Shown here: piece by piece, positions 51,481 to 62,699 of the stretch
Numbering within the stretch: position 1 is the stretch's first letter
Layout of the letters: each line of letters starts with the position of its first letter
NCBI GenBank assembly: GCA_011109175.1
Contig: RDEW01000013.1
Span: 1,260,350 to 1,324,349, forward strand
Length of the DNA stretch: 64,000 bases
Source of the DNA: Dicyema japonicum
Taxonomy: Eukaryota; Animalia; Dicyemida
Direction of reading: 5' to 3'
Translations under genes and position numbers: made by a program
The notes under the pieces: model-generated
The model's input: the letters and a program-made list of their open reading frames with translations, nothing else
Databases searched by the model: none
Told to the model about the DNA's origin: nothing

Positions 51481-52482
51481 TTTTTCACAGCTATAACTTC
51501 CAAATATAAATTTCATTCAAATATCTAGTAGTAACAACATTCGGAAGACTACTAATATCTGAAAAATTTTTCCTATTTTACTTTTTCATTTTAGCACTTT
51601 TAACAAAAACGATTGGATTATCAGAGAATGCTCATTCCATTCGGAGACAACGATAAGATGGTGAGACAAGTAACATGTTTTAAAGATTTTTTCAAGTTCC
51701 TCTGCTGGAATGTTGTAATTTTTGGAAACTCCTCCACTTGGGAAAAGATCTTTTTGATAAGCTGGTCAGGCATTGGGGTTTTTCAGAGTTAGGTAGATCT
51801 AATGACGATTCTAGTAATCGAAAAAGTAAATAACAGATTGACTGTTTGTAAGAATAAAAATTACAAATTGTCAATTTAAACCTGAAATTGACAATTTTAA
51901 GTTGTTTGTGAATTCTACTTACAAAAAACTGATGAATCAAATGCGACCACTATATGAGATCAAATCAGTTTGATAGAATGGCTCCTTGTTTCCTCTGTCT
52001 CCTTGATGACCCCAAAACGATCATCTCTCGTCTTATCTCAATTTTGCACTACAGTGGATCACCTTGATTGATCTTCGTGAACATCCACCTTAGCCGCTGG
52101 TTGTTTCTACATGAAGGGACTTAGGTGAATAAAGACAATCTCAAAATGGTAATCATTGATTGTCCTAAATAGCTATTAATCATTTTCTGTCATTTATAAA
52201 CATTCTGAATCATTTAACTATTAATATGAGTGTAATCGATTCTAATAATTGTCCGTGCTGAATTGCACTTTAATGTAAACTCGAAAAAATATTCCACATA
52301 ATTAACACACTCAAACCACACTCCAATCTACCAAAAATTCAAATGCAAACAAAATTGGAGGAATAGTAAATCCAACCGGAAATATTGATTAGTGAATATC
52401 AAAAACTCAATAAAATGTGTCATATTAATATTATTTATTATCGTTGTAATATAAATTGCCTAATTGTCCAAGAATCTACTAA

Positions 52483-54249
52483 ATGTCCCTAACACAGATA
52501 TTACCCATTTTTGCAGTATTTTCAGTCCAGACAAGCCAGAGTATTGAAAACATTCACCTTTTGAGTATAAATTCCAACAACAGTTGTGCCGATACTGTGA
52601 GTGGAGACTACCCGATTGATATATTTGATAAATGTATGAGAAGACAAGGCGCAGTGATTCTGCACGTGGTCGGAGTTGTGTACATGTTTATGGCCTTGGC
52701 TATTGTTTGTGATGAGTATTTTGTCCCCTCACTCGAAATCATAGCAGAACGATTGAAAATAAGTGAAGACGTTGCCGGGGCCACGTTCATGGCGGCTGGA
52801 GGAAGTGCTCCTGAGTTATTTACTTCAATAATCGGTGTCTTCTTGGCAAAGAGTAACGTGGGGATCGGAACGATTGTGGGTTCAGCTGTATTCAATATTA
52901 TGTTTGTCATAAGCATATGCACGTTGGCCAGTACGACTGTGCTTGTACTCTCCTGGTGGCCACTCTTCCGCGACTCGAGCATTTATACGGTGTCTTTGGT
53001 GATGACGGTCCTGTTTTTCCGTGACGGATTGATTTTTTGGTGGGAAGCCCTAATTTTGTTTATTTGGTACATAATTTACGTCGTTGTGATGAAATATAAC
53101 ACAGCAATCGAAACTTTTGTCAAAACTAAAATTCTCCGCAAGAAACCATCACCACCAGAATTAAGAAGAGATTCCTCCGTATTTCCGTATTTCTTAGATT
53201 AGGTGTCAATAATTCATGGAAGAAGGTCACAATTTAGACGCGGAATTTACCAGTTAATCGTCCGCTCCACAGAATCTGCTGCTCAGCCGAAAGGTTAACT
53301 TTTAATCCTATAAATCTGCTTTCGCGGTTAAGCGCTGCAAATTCTAGTTTGATTGCTTATTCTAAGAATTCGCCTTGGCCCAAGTCGTGAAATCAAAGAT
53401 GAGACAGGTCGCCGATGAGAGAGATAAGCTCAAACCAGTTGACTCGTATTTTATTGCAGGACACAAATCCGAAGGATAAAAACGAGACACCCGTTGATTT
53501 GAGTAATAATGAAGACCCCCACAGAGTGATATTCACAGTCGATATGATCAGCTTAGGTTTCGTTTGTAGAAGATCAGAAAAGCGTGTTTACTTTCCCTGA
53601 AACGACCCTGCAGAGACTGGCCTTCGTTTTTCTACTTCCAATTACATTTCTGCTGTTTATTTCGATTCCAGACGTTAAAAGAAAGGTAAATTGTAGCACG
53701 TGTTTGTAGAGTTTGCAGAAATATGCTGCCTTCTCGTTTGTAATGAGCATTTTGTGGATCGCCGTGTTCTCATATTTGATGGTTTGGTGGGCCAACCAGA
53801 TTGGGGTTACTGTTGGAATCCCCGATACTGTTTTCTGTTTGTTTATAGTTTAGGTTATGGGATTGACGATTCTGGCTGCCGGGACAAGTATTCCAGACTT
53901 GATTAGCAGCTATGTTGTGGCTAAGAAGGGATTCGGGGATATGGCTGTGTCGAGTTCTGTGGGCAGTAATATATTCGATTCCTGTGTTGGGTAGGACTTT
54001 GATTAATTTAGTTTGCCCTTTCCCTGGCTGATTTACTGGGCTGTGTTCAAAACGCCAGTAAATGTGAACAGTAATGGACTAGTCTGCTCGATTTCATTAC
54101 TGCTAGCAATGCTAGTCTTAGTAATTATCATAATTGCTGCTTTTCGTTGGAAATTGTCGAAAATCCTTGGACTAACCATGCTAATGGGGTATGCAGTCTT
54201 TATTGTGCTCTCCTTACTTCTCGAATATAAAATAATTAATTGCTCATAA
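52483..54249 (+). CDS. SLC24A: K+-dependent Na+/Ca2+ exchanger (NCKX, SLC24 family)
   Basis: Alpha-1 repeat [14 protein letters not shown]...[21 protein letters not shown]...[13 protein letters not shown]...WWPLFRDS and alpha-2 repeat [15 protein letters not shown]...[15 protein letters not shown]...LPFPW. Introns 53179-53202, 53686-53709, 53830-53853 and 53991-54011. Exon structure of the cytosolic loop (53296-53570) is uncertain. Confidence 0.95.
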
Positions 54250-54639
54250 TCTAATCATTCGTGTGTTGTTTTACTTTACAGTTCAATTACAACAAAGCTT
54301 TCATGATGAATCAGTTACCATGACAACTAATTTGGTTCTTTGATGAAATATAGTAAGTTCAGTTAAATTATTAATGACAAATAAAGTGATCAGATGGTCG
54401 TACAGCGCCGACCTGACTGCGTGGCTATTCTCTCTGAGGATAGCGAGCGTGATTAGCTTAATTACAGGGATCTCCTGATCGTGTAGAAATCCGATTCCCT
54501 AGATTAGTGGTTCCCTACTTGGGTTCAGCGAAATTTATTATAAATTATTTAATAATAGTTTTTAATTAATAAAATTAAAAATTTATTTAAACATCCACTC
54601 TTATATATTGATTCTGTGATGAGAATGAGAGACAATAAT

Positions 54640-55500
54640 TGCATAAGAGATTCCAAAAAATATTAACTAAAAGGTTTTTTTATAATTATAATTTTAGAAA
54701 AGAAAATATGGTGAAAGCTACTTTTCATATGGGTTATCTCAGATCGGATCTGACGGCAGAATGTGTAATAAGCGATCATATACTGAAGTGCTTCTCAAAC
54801 GGTGTGCCACGAGACCATGTCAAATAATATTTTTGACTGCATGAAAAAAAAGTATTTTTCACTTCAAATAGGTGAATCTACTGATATTGGGGAATTGCTC
54901 AGTTATTATTTTTTACAGGGAAAACGTGTGACCAGGACATTTTTAATTTAGTAATTGAATATTTTCATTTAAACAAATTGTCTCTTCAAAGTTGTGTTGG
55001 TATTTGTACTGATGGTGCTCCTTCTATGGTTGGTTGTATAAGGGGTTAAAGGAAAAGAATCCCAAAATTTTTCTAAACATTGTTTTCTACATCGGGAAGC
55101 TCTCGTTTCCAAAACATTGCCTAAGGATTTGAAATTTGTATTGGATACTATTGTTAAAATGGTCAATTTATCAAGACTCGTGCATTGAAATAAGTATTTT
55201 TCACAAATTTGTTAGAAATGGGATCAAAATATTCAAATATAATCGTTGGCTTTCAAGGGTGAGTTTTATCTCAAGCGTATGAACTAAGTCATGAATTGTT
55301 TTATGTGAAGGATATTCCGAGTATTGTAATTTGTAATGGATAAGTTATTTTGTTCTGAATCAAGTAAATACAAACATGCATGGAAAACGTGAAATTTTTT
55401 AACGTCAACATACAAATTAAAAGCATAACTGTGAAATCAATTATTGAAAAACAATTGATCTACTAAAGTCACTGGTGATCTACCAACTTCATAAATGGCA
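54640..55500 (+). mobile_element. hAT (Buster/ZBED8-like) transposase remnant
   Basis: HCFLHREALVSKTLPKDLKFVLDTIVKMVN (~55060-55150) and RWLSR (~55245). Homologous to 20963-21340. Confidence 0.75.
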
Positions 55501-56679
55501 ATTTAACTTTTTTTAACAAAACGCTCAATCGTTAGTTTTCACGAATGTTTCACAGTAGGAGTACGTAAGTTACCATAAAGGGAAGTTCCTTAAAATACTG
55601 CAACAGGAGCAAGATTTCTAGGCCTCCATAACACAAATTATTCTCTTTCTCAAGGACAACTTGAAAACTCATCAAATCATTCATATTCTTAAGGTGAAGC
55701 ACAAATTTTACTGAGGGGCTAATTGCTTTACGAATTCATGAAGGTCGTTATCATGTACCCATAAGGGCAAGTTGTTCAACACAATTTCGGAAGATCTAAT
55801 CGGATTTAACTAAAGCAATGGTTTCCAAGACCATAAGGTGAAGTAGCATCCATATGTTCATTAAAGTTCCTTTATCCCCTCCTTTCTGAATTCGAGGCGG
55901 AAGATCCCTGAGCCTTTGTGGTTCAATCTGATAAATCCCGTCAATTCGAACGAGTACAGCACGTTATAAATTTTGATAGCTCCCATAATCGATGTGACAA
56001 AAATCTGTATAAACACATTGCCAGATTATTCAAAAGCTGGAGGATCATGAGGAATATACTACGTTTTAGTTTCTGTTGATGTGAAAACTGTCTGGATCTC
56101 GTCTTCAATCCTTTTCACAGTATTAGCTTCTGTAGCTGGAAAAGTGATAACTTTTACTGTCGCACTGTTTGATACAGTTGAACTAACTTTTGAGCCACTT
56201 TTTCCTGCCATCGTCACAAAGACTTCACAACCACGTTTTTTCAAGAATAGTTGTGTACTTTTGATCCCTGCCAGGCATTGGGCGTCTCATTAGTAAGGTG
56301 GATCCAATTACGCCTTCAGACGTAATTTTTTTTATATATTTTATTTATATAATTAAAATAAAATGTAAAATTAATAATTCAAAAAATCTGTGTTGTATGT
56401 CACGGGATACAGTTCTTCTAGTTATCGAAGTAGAGACATATCACATGAACGGTAATTAATAAAAACACATTGATAGATCAAGAAGGCGTCGTTCTAATAG
56501 AAGACATAGTCCTGAAGATAGATGACAAAGAAAAGACTACTCTCGCAGTCACTAGTACTATTTTCTCATTATTGTGTTATAAACTGATTATATTTCTTTC
56601 ATAGTAATTATTATATATTTCCAAATAATTATTCTAATATGGCCTGATGCTATTCTTATATCCCCTTATTGTGCTCAAT

Positions 56680-56762
56680 GCTTCAAGAGCACGCATGACA
56701 ATGTTGTTCATAGCAGCGTGCGGGGTGTTCCTCTTGCACGCACTCCTTTTGCACGAAAGCGG
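56680..56762 (-). mobile_element. 83-bp CRE fragment
   Basis: GCTTCAAGAGCACGCATGACAATGTTGTTCATAGCAGC...CTCCTTTTGCACGAAAGCGG matches 28717-28796. Confidence 0.8.
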
Positions 56763-56765
56763 ATT

Positions 56766-57300
56766 CTCATGATAAACTTTATTTATTCTACTAATTATGT
56801 TTAACTATATTTTGATACATCGTAAGTTAGTAATCCTCAGCATTACATTAAACTTATATTATTTCCACGATGAAAGTTATTTAGCTTACCAATATGGTTG
56901 ACTACATATGATAATTCGTAAAATTATTCTCCTTCATATTACACTAAACTTTAATATTTCCATGATAACTGTTGTTTAGCTGACCAATTATGCGTAAGTA
57001 CATTTTGATCCTTTTAATGTTGCTTTTACAATTTTTTATTAAACAGATCTTCCATGATAAAGTTCGTTTAGCCACCAAATATGGTTAATTACTATTTGAT
57101 GCACCATAAAATTATTTACGTCTGCCAATTTAGCTAAGCATATAAAATTTCCATGAAAGTTTGTTTAGCTTACCACTTATGGTTAATCACTGATTGATGC
57201 ATCGCATAATTATTTAAATATAATATTCCCATGATATACTTTATTTAGCCTACCAATATGCTTACCTGCATTTGTTGCATCTTAAAATTTTTCCTTACCT
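56766..57300. repeat. Diverged ~95-bp tandem array, 6 units
   Basis: Core TTCCATGATAAAGTT.GTTTAGC.TACCAATATGGTTAA...TTGAT recurs at ~56766, 56862, 56957, 57048, 57148 and 57226. Confidence 0.85.
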
Positions 57301-58660
57301 ATCATACTTGTGTGTTTTTTAATAAATATCAACAACTTCCTCTTTTTGTTACTGGATAGTATTTACCCTTAGATTATGGATAATATCTCTGATCAACGAC
57401 CTCACTCTATTAGACTCCTCCCAGGTTGTCCGTACTCCCATTCAAGGGACCTCAGGTGCCTTGGTTGAATTTAAAAACACTCAGGATGCCCAACAGTGGA
57501 TGAACACATGCAAGGTACCACAACCGTTCTAACACAGGCGACATGGTCTTTAATGGGTCAGTATAATGTCCCTCTTACCTACGCTGACTCCCAACCCCTC
57601 GAGGAGATGCAGGACTGGACATGTAGTAAGGTAGTCGTCTCCCTTGTGAGCACAGTGTCATATATACAACTTCAAAAAGAGGAACTTTTGCTTTCGGTGT
57701 AATATATCCCGCCAAGAATTCTTCGCCAATGTGAGGGAGAACCAAGTAGCGAGTGATTCTAGCTTCAGTACTTTGATAATATGTAGCCCTCATATTGAGA
57801 GGACTGGATGAATTGACTGAGAGAGTTCCTTAATTTCGCGGTTTTTTAGAATAACCATACCCCCTCATGAATGTGCACGTGGTTAGGGATAGAGACACTC
57901 AAAAGTCAAAAGGATTTGCATTTGCCGAGTTATCCACCATCTCAGAAACTTCTGCCGTGGTGGAAGAGATATCTTTCGGTGGGAAAAGGTTGAGGGCTTA
58001 TGGAAAAGATGTGCAAGTCGACTTTGCACGTGACTTATTCGACTCGATGTATGGCGGAGAGTTACACTAAATGAATTCGATGGAGAATTGGCCAAAGAAG
58101 CAAGAATAGCCGGGTGGCATAATGGTTAGGTGTCGGGCTAAAGTGACTTAGGTTACAGGTTCGATTCTCGCTGCTGTTCACCTGGTGAAGGTCCACGCAT
58201 CTACGATGCCAAAATGGTTTGACGAGTGACGCCGTCATCAGTGGATACTCACTGCGGAACTGGATTGTCTAGAAAGGAGTACCAAGCCGGCACGAGCTAT
58301 GTTGGAGCAGCCCAGGCATCGATGAATAAGTGTAGATTAAAAGAAAATCTTGTTGTACTCAGAACCGTGTGATTTTGGTGTTATTCATTCCATTAGACTC
58401 TTCCAGTAGATTACTGTGTCTTCTATGTAAAAGACAGTTTAATAGTCGTGATGTGTTGGAAAAGCATGTCAGATTGTCACAATTGCATGCGGTTGACCTT
58501 TTGATTGATTTCTAGAAAAATCTAGAAGCTTTGAATAAACCACATGGGACGACTAAGAGAGGGAATTTTGTCGATGTATCGGACGAGTCCAGTCAACGAC
58601 AATATCGTGATAAGGAAAGGCGTGATAAATATGGAGTGTTTGAGCCACCTGGTGATGTTT
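57300..58660 (+). CDS. RBM5: RBM5/RBM10-type splicing regulator (RRM1, RanBP2 zinc finger, RRM2, C2H2 finger); ends uncertain
   Basis: GALVEFKNTQDAQQWM (RRM1); DWTCSK|CHIYNFKKRNFCFRC (RanBP2 finger); LILRGL...VRDRDTQKSKGFAFAEL...VQVDFA (RRM2); CLLCKRQFNSRDVLEKHVRLSQLH (C2H2); YRDKERRDKYGVFEPP. Introns 57425-57446, 57515-57537, 57631-57655, 57768-57786 and 58492-58515. Frame unresolved near 57825-57850 and 58330-58400. RBM5 versus RBM10 not resolvable. Confidence 0.85.
58107..58278 (+). mobile_element. tRNA-derived SINE inside the RBM5/10-like gene, lacking its A-rich tail
   Basis: A box TGGCATAATGG, B box GGTTCGATTC. Aligns with 42132-42305 up to TCTAGAAAGGA. Confidence 0.9.
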
Positions 58661-59769
58661 CCTAAATTACATTTTCTTTAATTAATAAGTTTCCTAAATG
58701 TGAATTGTGACATCTTAATATGACTGGTATTAACTGTTTCGTAACATGTTGAAATAGTGGAATTGTTTAAATTAAGATTAATAAATAAGTCATTATCGTT
58801 ATAAACGCCTGACCCTTGCAACCTACTCCAAGGTGCCTCTGGAATTCTTGCACATGTTATTTAAGTCATACAATCTTAGACGAAGGGAGAAGCAGACAGA
58901 ACATCTTACTATCCATTCGGTGATTAATTTGTCATAGTTACTGCAGACAGTAATTTCTTTTCATGACGTCTTCAGAAACCCTAACGAAAAGACCTAATTT
59001 CATTAATATCAACAATCTAGGTTTTAAAAAGTTCATGGACCACATCCAAGTTGATTCTACGCTAACTATACAGATACCGGAGTCCTTCCTTGTCACTTGA
59101 GTCATTGTCCACGTCGTCAGCATACGCAACTTAACTTTATCAATGTAAACTTTCTGAGGTCGCGCAAAGGTGATTCCAAGAAACGACGAATAATAACTGA
59201 GGTAGACGACCACTAGAGGTATGCCGATTGCTGCATCTATTTCACGGGACAGAGGTTTTCCAAAACAGATACTGTCGAAAATTATGGTGGGATAACATAC
59301 AAATATTACTTAAGGTCCGTCATAACCGTCTAAGCATGAATTGGACATATTTAACAACCACAAAAATATGTAAAAAAATTAAAAATTAACTTCTAATGAA
59401 AATATATCCAGTTCCCACGGTCGGAGTGAGGCACATCTGATAAAGCATCACGTAAAACCATATTTGTCATTTCGGGTACTTTTCCACTGAAGTGGGAATA
59501 ATCGTTTAGGACGCTGCAACGCGTCTCCTAATTTAAGTGGATCCCAAGAAGCCTCTAAAAAACTGAAGAAGGCAAAGAATAGATACCTAGGCATTCGAAC
59601 CCATAACAAATCGCTGTGAGAACTTCTTTTGTGACCAAATCTATTTTAAAATAGTCCAATACAGTTTCCGCCTCTGAAGAAAGGTGGAGAAGTAGATCTC
59701 ATTTTTATCACATGTCCCACCGTTGCGGATATAACTTCATTCTTAGGTGTAAGAGTATTCATAATGGTA

Positions 59770-60420
59770 ACCTTCATTAGTTAGTTAAGTAACTCCAGCC
59801 TCACTAACTTATAGGAAGCCAGCAGCTATTATGTAGGACGCAGCACATGTTGGTCGCTTTCATAGATCGTCAGTTGCAGCAATGTGGAGAATCGTTGTGC
59901 CAATTCAAGACATTCAAATAAATGATTTATAATCAACACGTGGAGGTTGCAAAAAGGACAGAGTATATCATATGTTGGTAGATATGGGTGGTGCTTACAT
60001 TGTAGACGAGTCAGGTTTACTCAGACGTCCCTTGGAAGAGAGGATTCTGATTGTCTATTGGAGGAGGGGGTCACTGTAGTATTTTATTGTCTCCGAGTCT
60101 TTGGATGCTTCTCGTAGAAACAAAATCGTGTATCTGTTTCATACGAATCCTGTCATTGGGGATGGAAGGGATAGATGATAACATTCGAGATATGTCACTG
60201 GTTGTCGTAATAATTTTCCTTTTGTTTAGTGGTTTGCATAGAGAGTGGCAGGGATTTTCTAGGCTGTAGACTTGGGAGAGGAACTGTAGGGCTCTCATTT
60301 CCAGATGGTCTCCAATTGGGAGGATCTTTGACTCCCAATGTAGATGATCAACAGGAGTTGATCTGAGACAGATGCTTTGTACTTTTTGTAGTTTGTCAAT
60401 ATAAGTAACCGTCATCAGTG
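59770..60420 (-). mobile_element. 5'-truncated Jockey/I-group LINE 3' end with C-terminal zinc knuckle and (TAAC)n tail
   Basis: KLQKVQSICLRSTPVDHLHWESKILPIGDHL, then LCPFC...NHLFEC (~59900-59960). Tail TTAGTGAGGCTGGAGTTACTTAACTAACTAA also appears at 44890-44925. Confidence 0.75.
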
Positions 60421-60719
60421 GAATTGGTCAGGAACACGTAATAAACTCAAAAAAATTAAAATAAAAAAAATAATTATTTAAGTTTCATATTAAAAATAAA
60501 TATTAAATCCAATAAAATAATATGTTTTTCGAGGAAAGCCATGAATGACTACAAGTTATTCTCAATGTTGTCTTACGCAAAACAAGGTGGCGAAGATAGA
60601 TCTCTCAGATTGACAAGACAACACAATGGAATATTAATTAAATATACTCAATTTAATAATATTATAATTAATGGTCAGATGTATACTGCAGATGCGGCCA
60701 TTCCATTTTATCTGTAATA

Positions 60720-62050
60720 CCTCGCAAGCTACCGTGCTTTGGCCAACTCAATCTTATGTTCTCTACCCGGATTGAGTCTGGACCCAGAGATTGAAACAGA
60801 TATACAACAGAAGAACATTATCCAGTAATACGGGAAATTCCCAAACTGAACAGTGGGTCTTCTTGTGGACTCCAGAGGAAGATGGAATAAGTATTGACCG
60901 TGGACCAGACTAGAAGGTTTTCCATATGAGCTATGAAAATAGTTGTACTCTGATGGGTAGAATGAAAAAATTATACAGAATAGTATCACGTCCCTTCATG
61001 TTAAAGGCGTTTTCATATCAATTTTGACGATTACGCGAGAAATATTCTCGTTCTTTCAGTTAATGTACGGACAGCATGAACTTCTGCTTCACCGGGTGTG
61101 CCGAGACCTAACTGGGTTGGTTGTAGCTGTGTTACCGGCTTAGTTAGAATTGCTCTGCATACAATTTAAAAAAAAAAAAACAGCAATATGGCGTATTCTC
61201 TTCCACTTATTGAATGCGAATAACTTTTCAGAGAACGTGTCGAATTTGTACTGGTATTGTCTCTGAAAGCTTCCTGTTCATTTGTTTGGTGACAGCCAAC
61301 ATAAGACGAGCGCAAGAGTTGCCCGCGTTCTGAGCAATGAGATCTTTGAGATGCCCCAGACGGAGCCCATAAAGTCCTCCACTGCTGCTCGGGGCGAAAA
61401 GAGAACTTTTGCATTCAGAAACGGGGTAGATTAGGTAATTGTCCTGGGCAATTTGGGATCCGATAGTCGTTTGGGGACTTTGTTGTCGCTCAACAATTGC
61501 TGCATAGGACTGTTCAGATGGCTTAATTATACTGTTCTGATTTGCAAGATTCCTAACGGCAGCACGGATTTCATTTTCAGAAAGCTTTCGACGGATTGCA
61601 CTTCGTGATCTTTGTGTGTCCGAAATAGTCAATGTTTGCTTCTCATAGTTTTGGAATCTGTACGTGAGTTTTCAGAGTACGCACGTGTAGATATTTTCTT
61701 TTACTATTGACGTGAGTGATTTCTCTTCTTTCCTCCTTCTATGGAGAATGCATAGTGTGATTGGAGAAAAAATAATCTACCTAATTCTCAGAATCGTCCG
61801 AAGAGACTTCCCTTTCAATACACTCGCATAGGCAGTCCCGACTGATATAAGAACAGCTTTGGGGATCCTGATCAAGAGTCTTCGTGTATGTGTCAGATTT
61901 GAAATCAATTCAAGCACTTCCTGGTGATCAAATGGAACATGTTCGGAAGGTTAGTGTAGAGCCGAAGATGTCGTATTATCTGGTAGGAGGCATGACTGAC
62001 AATTCTAATCGAAAATAACTGAGAGGGTTCTTTTTGTTATTCCGATACAA
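60720..62050 (-). mobile_element. CRE-clade non-LTR element, N-terminal/RT remnant
   Basis: NEIRAAVRNL...SSGGLYGLRLGHLKDL...IPVQIRHVL corresponds to the CRE domain-0 motif S.GGPDGLRP.HLKDL. Also KIDMK (~61020) and QEDPLFSLGI (~60850). Confidence 0.75.
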
Positions 62051-62201
62051 TACCTGTGGAAAACACCTGAACAGGTCGTGCATTTGATCGTCCGTTTTCT
62101 TTTGTTCATTATGTTACATTTTTGCAGATCTCATCTTCTTTTTCAGTGCATTTTCTGTCTTCTCTCTTCAGTACTACAACGAGTAGCGGCTTTATTTTTT
62201 A

Positions 62202-62485
62202 TTTATTAACCCCGGATACTCCGAGAAAGAAGTTAAAGTAAACAACTAATTAAGTGTATCCAGTTTCCACTTCTACAGAAACAGAGTCCATCCGGAATCA
62301 GCATAAAGGGTAAGACGTCCATTAAATTCAGTTGTGGAAACCCCTCCAGTGACGTGGGGAAGAGAAAATGATCATTTTTCATGCCGGCCTGGCACTGGGC
62401 GTCACCTAGACAGGTGGATCACATGACGCCACTCTAGTAGGAGAGAGAGGATGAACAGACAAAGCAGAAACTCCAATCAATTAAC
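62202..62485 (-). repeat. Copy 3 of ~285-bp family A repeat
   Basis: Shares both ends with 27713-27998 (TTTATTAACCCCGGATAC ... AATCAATTAAC). Confidence 0.85.
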
Positions 62486-62699
62486 AACGCAGCACCACAT
62501 GACGCCACGCGGCTAATTTCAATTCTACTTTCAAGCAATAAAATCAATATATTATATTTTTTAGTTAAAAGTAAATATTTAATTTTTACATATTTTTTGG
62601 TTGAGGTGGTGATATGCTTCTATTGTAGGCGTTTGAGAACTCAATAAGAACTAACTAACCTCAATACTAGAGCGCTTAAAGGTGTGACAGAGAGATCAA

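Noticed and set aside
51600-52150. Possible minus-strand gene head-to-head with NCKX (intron-like GTAAGT...TTTCAG)
   Set aside because: Frames are short and interrupted, with no recognisable product.
55550-56290. Possible PIF1/Helitron helicase remnant (YGGLEILLLLQYFKELPF, minus strand)
   Set aside because: Only a loose resemblance to FGG...GDF.QLPPV; no convincing Walker A/B. Needs an HMM search.
56766-57300. CRISPR array
   Set aside because: Eukaryotic context, repeats too long and degenerate, irregular linkers, no cas genes.
60405-60422. CGTCATCAGTGGA match to the SINE body
   Set aside because: Only 13 nt, at the edge of a LINE remnant, with no flanking similarity; likely chance.
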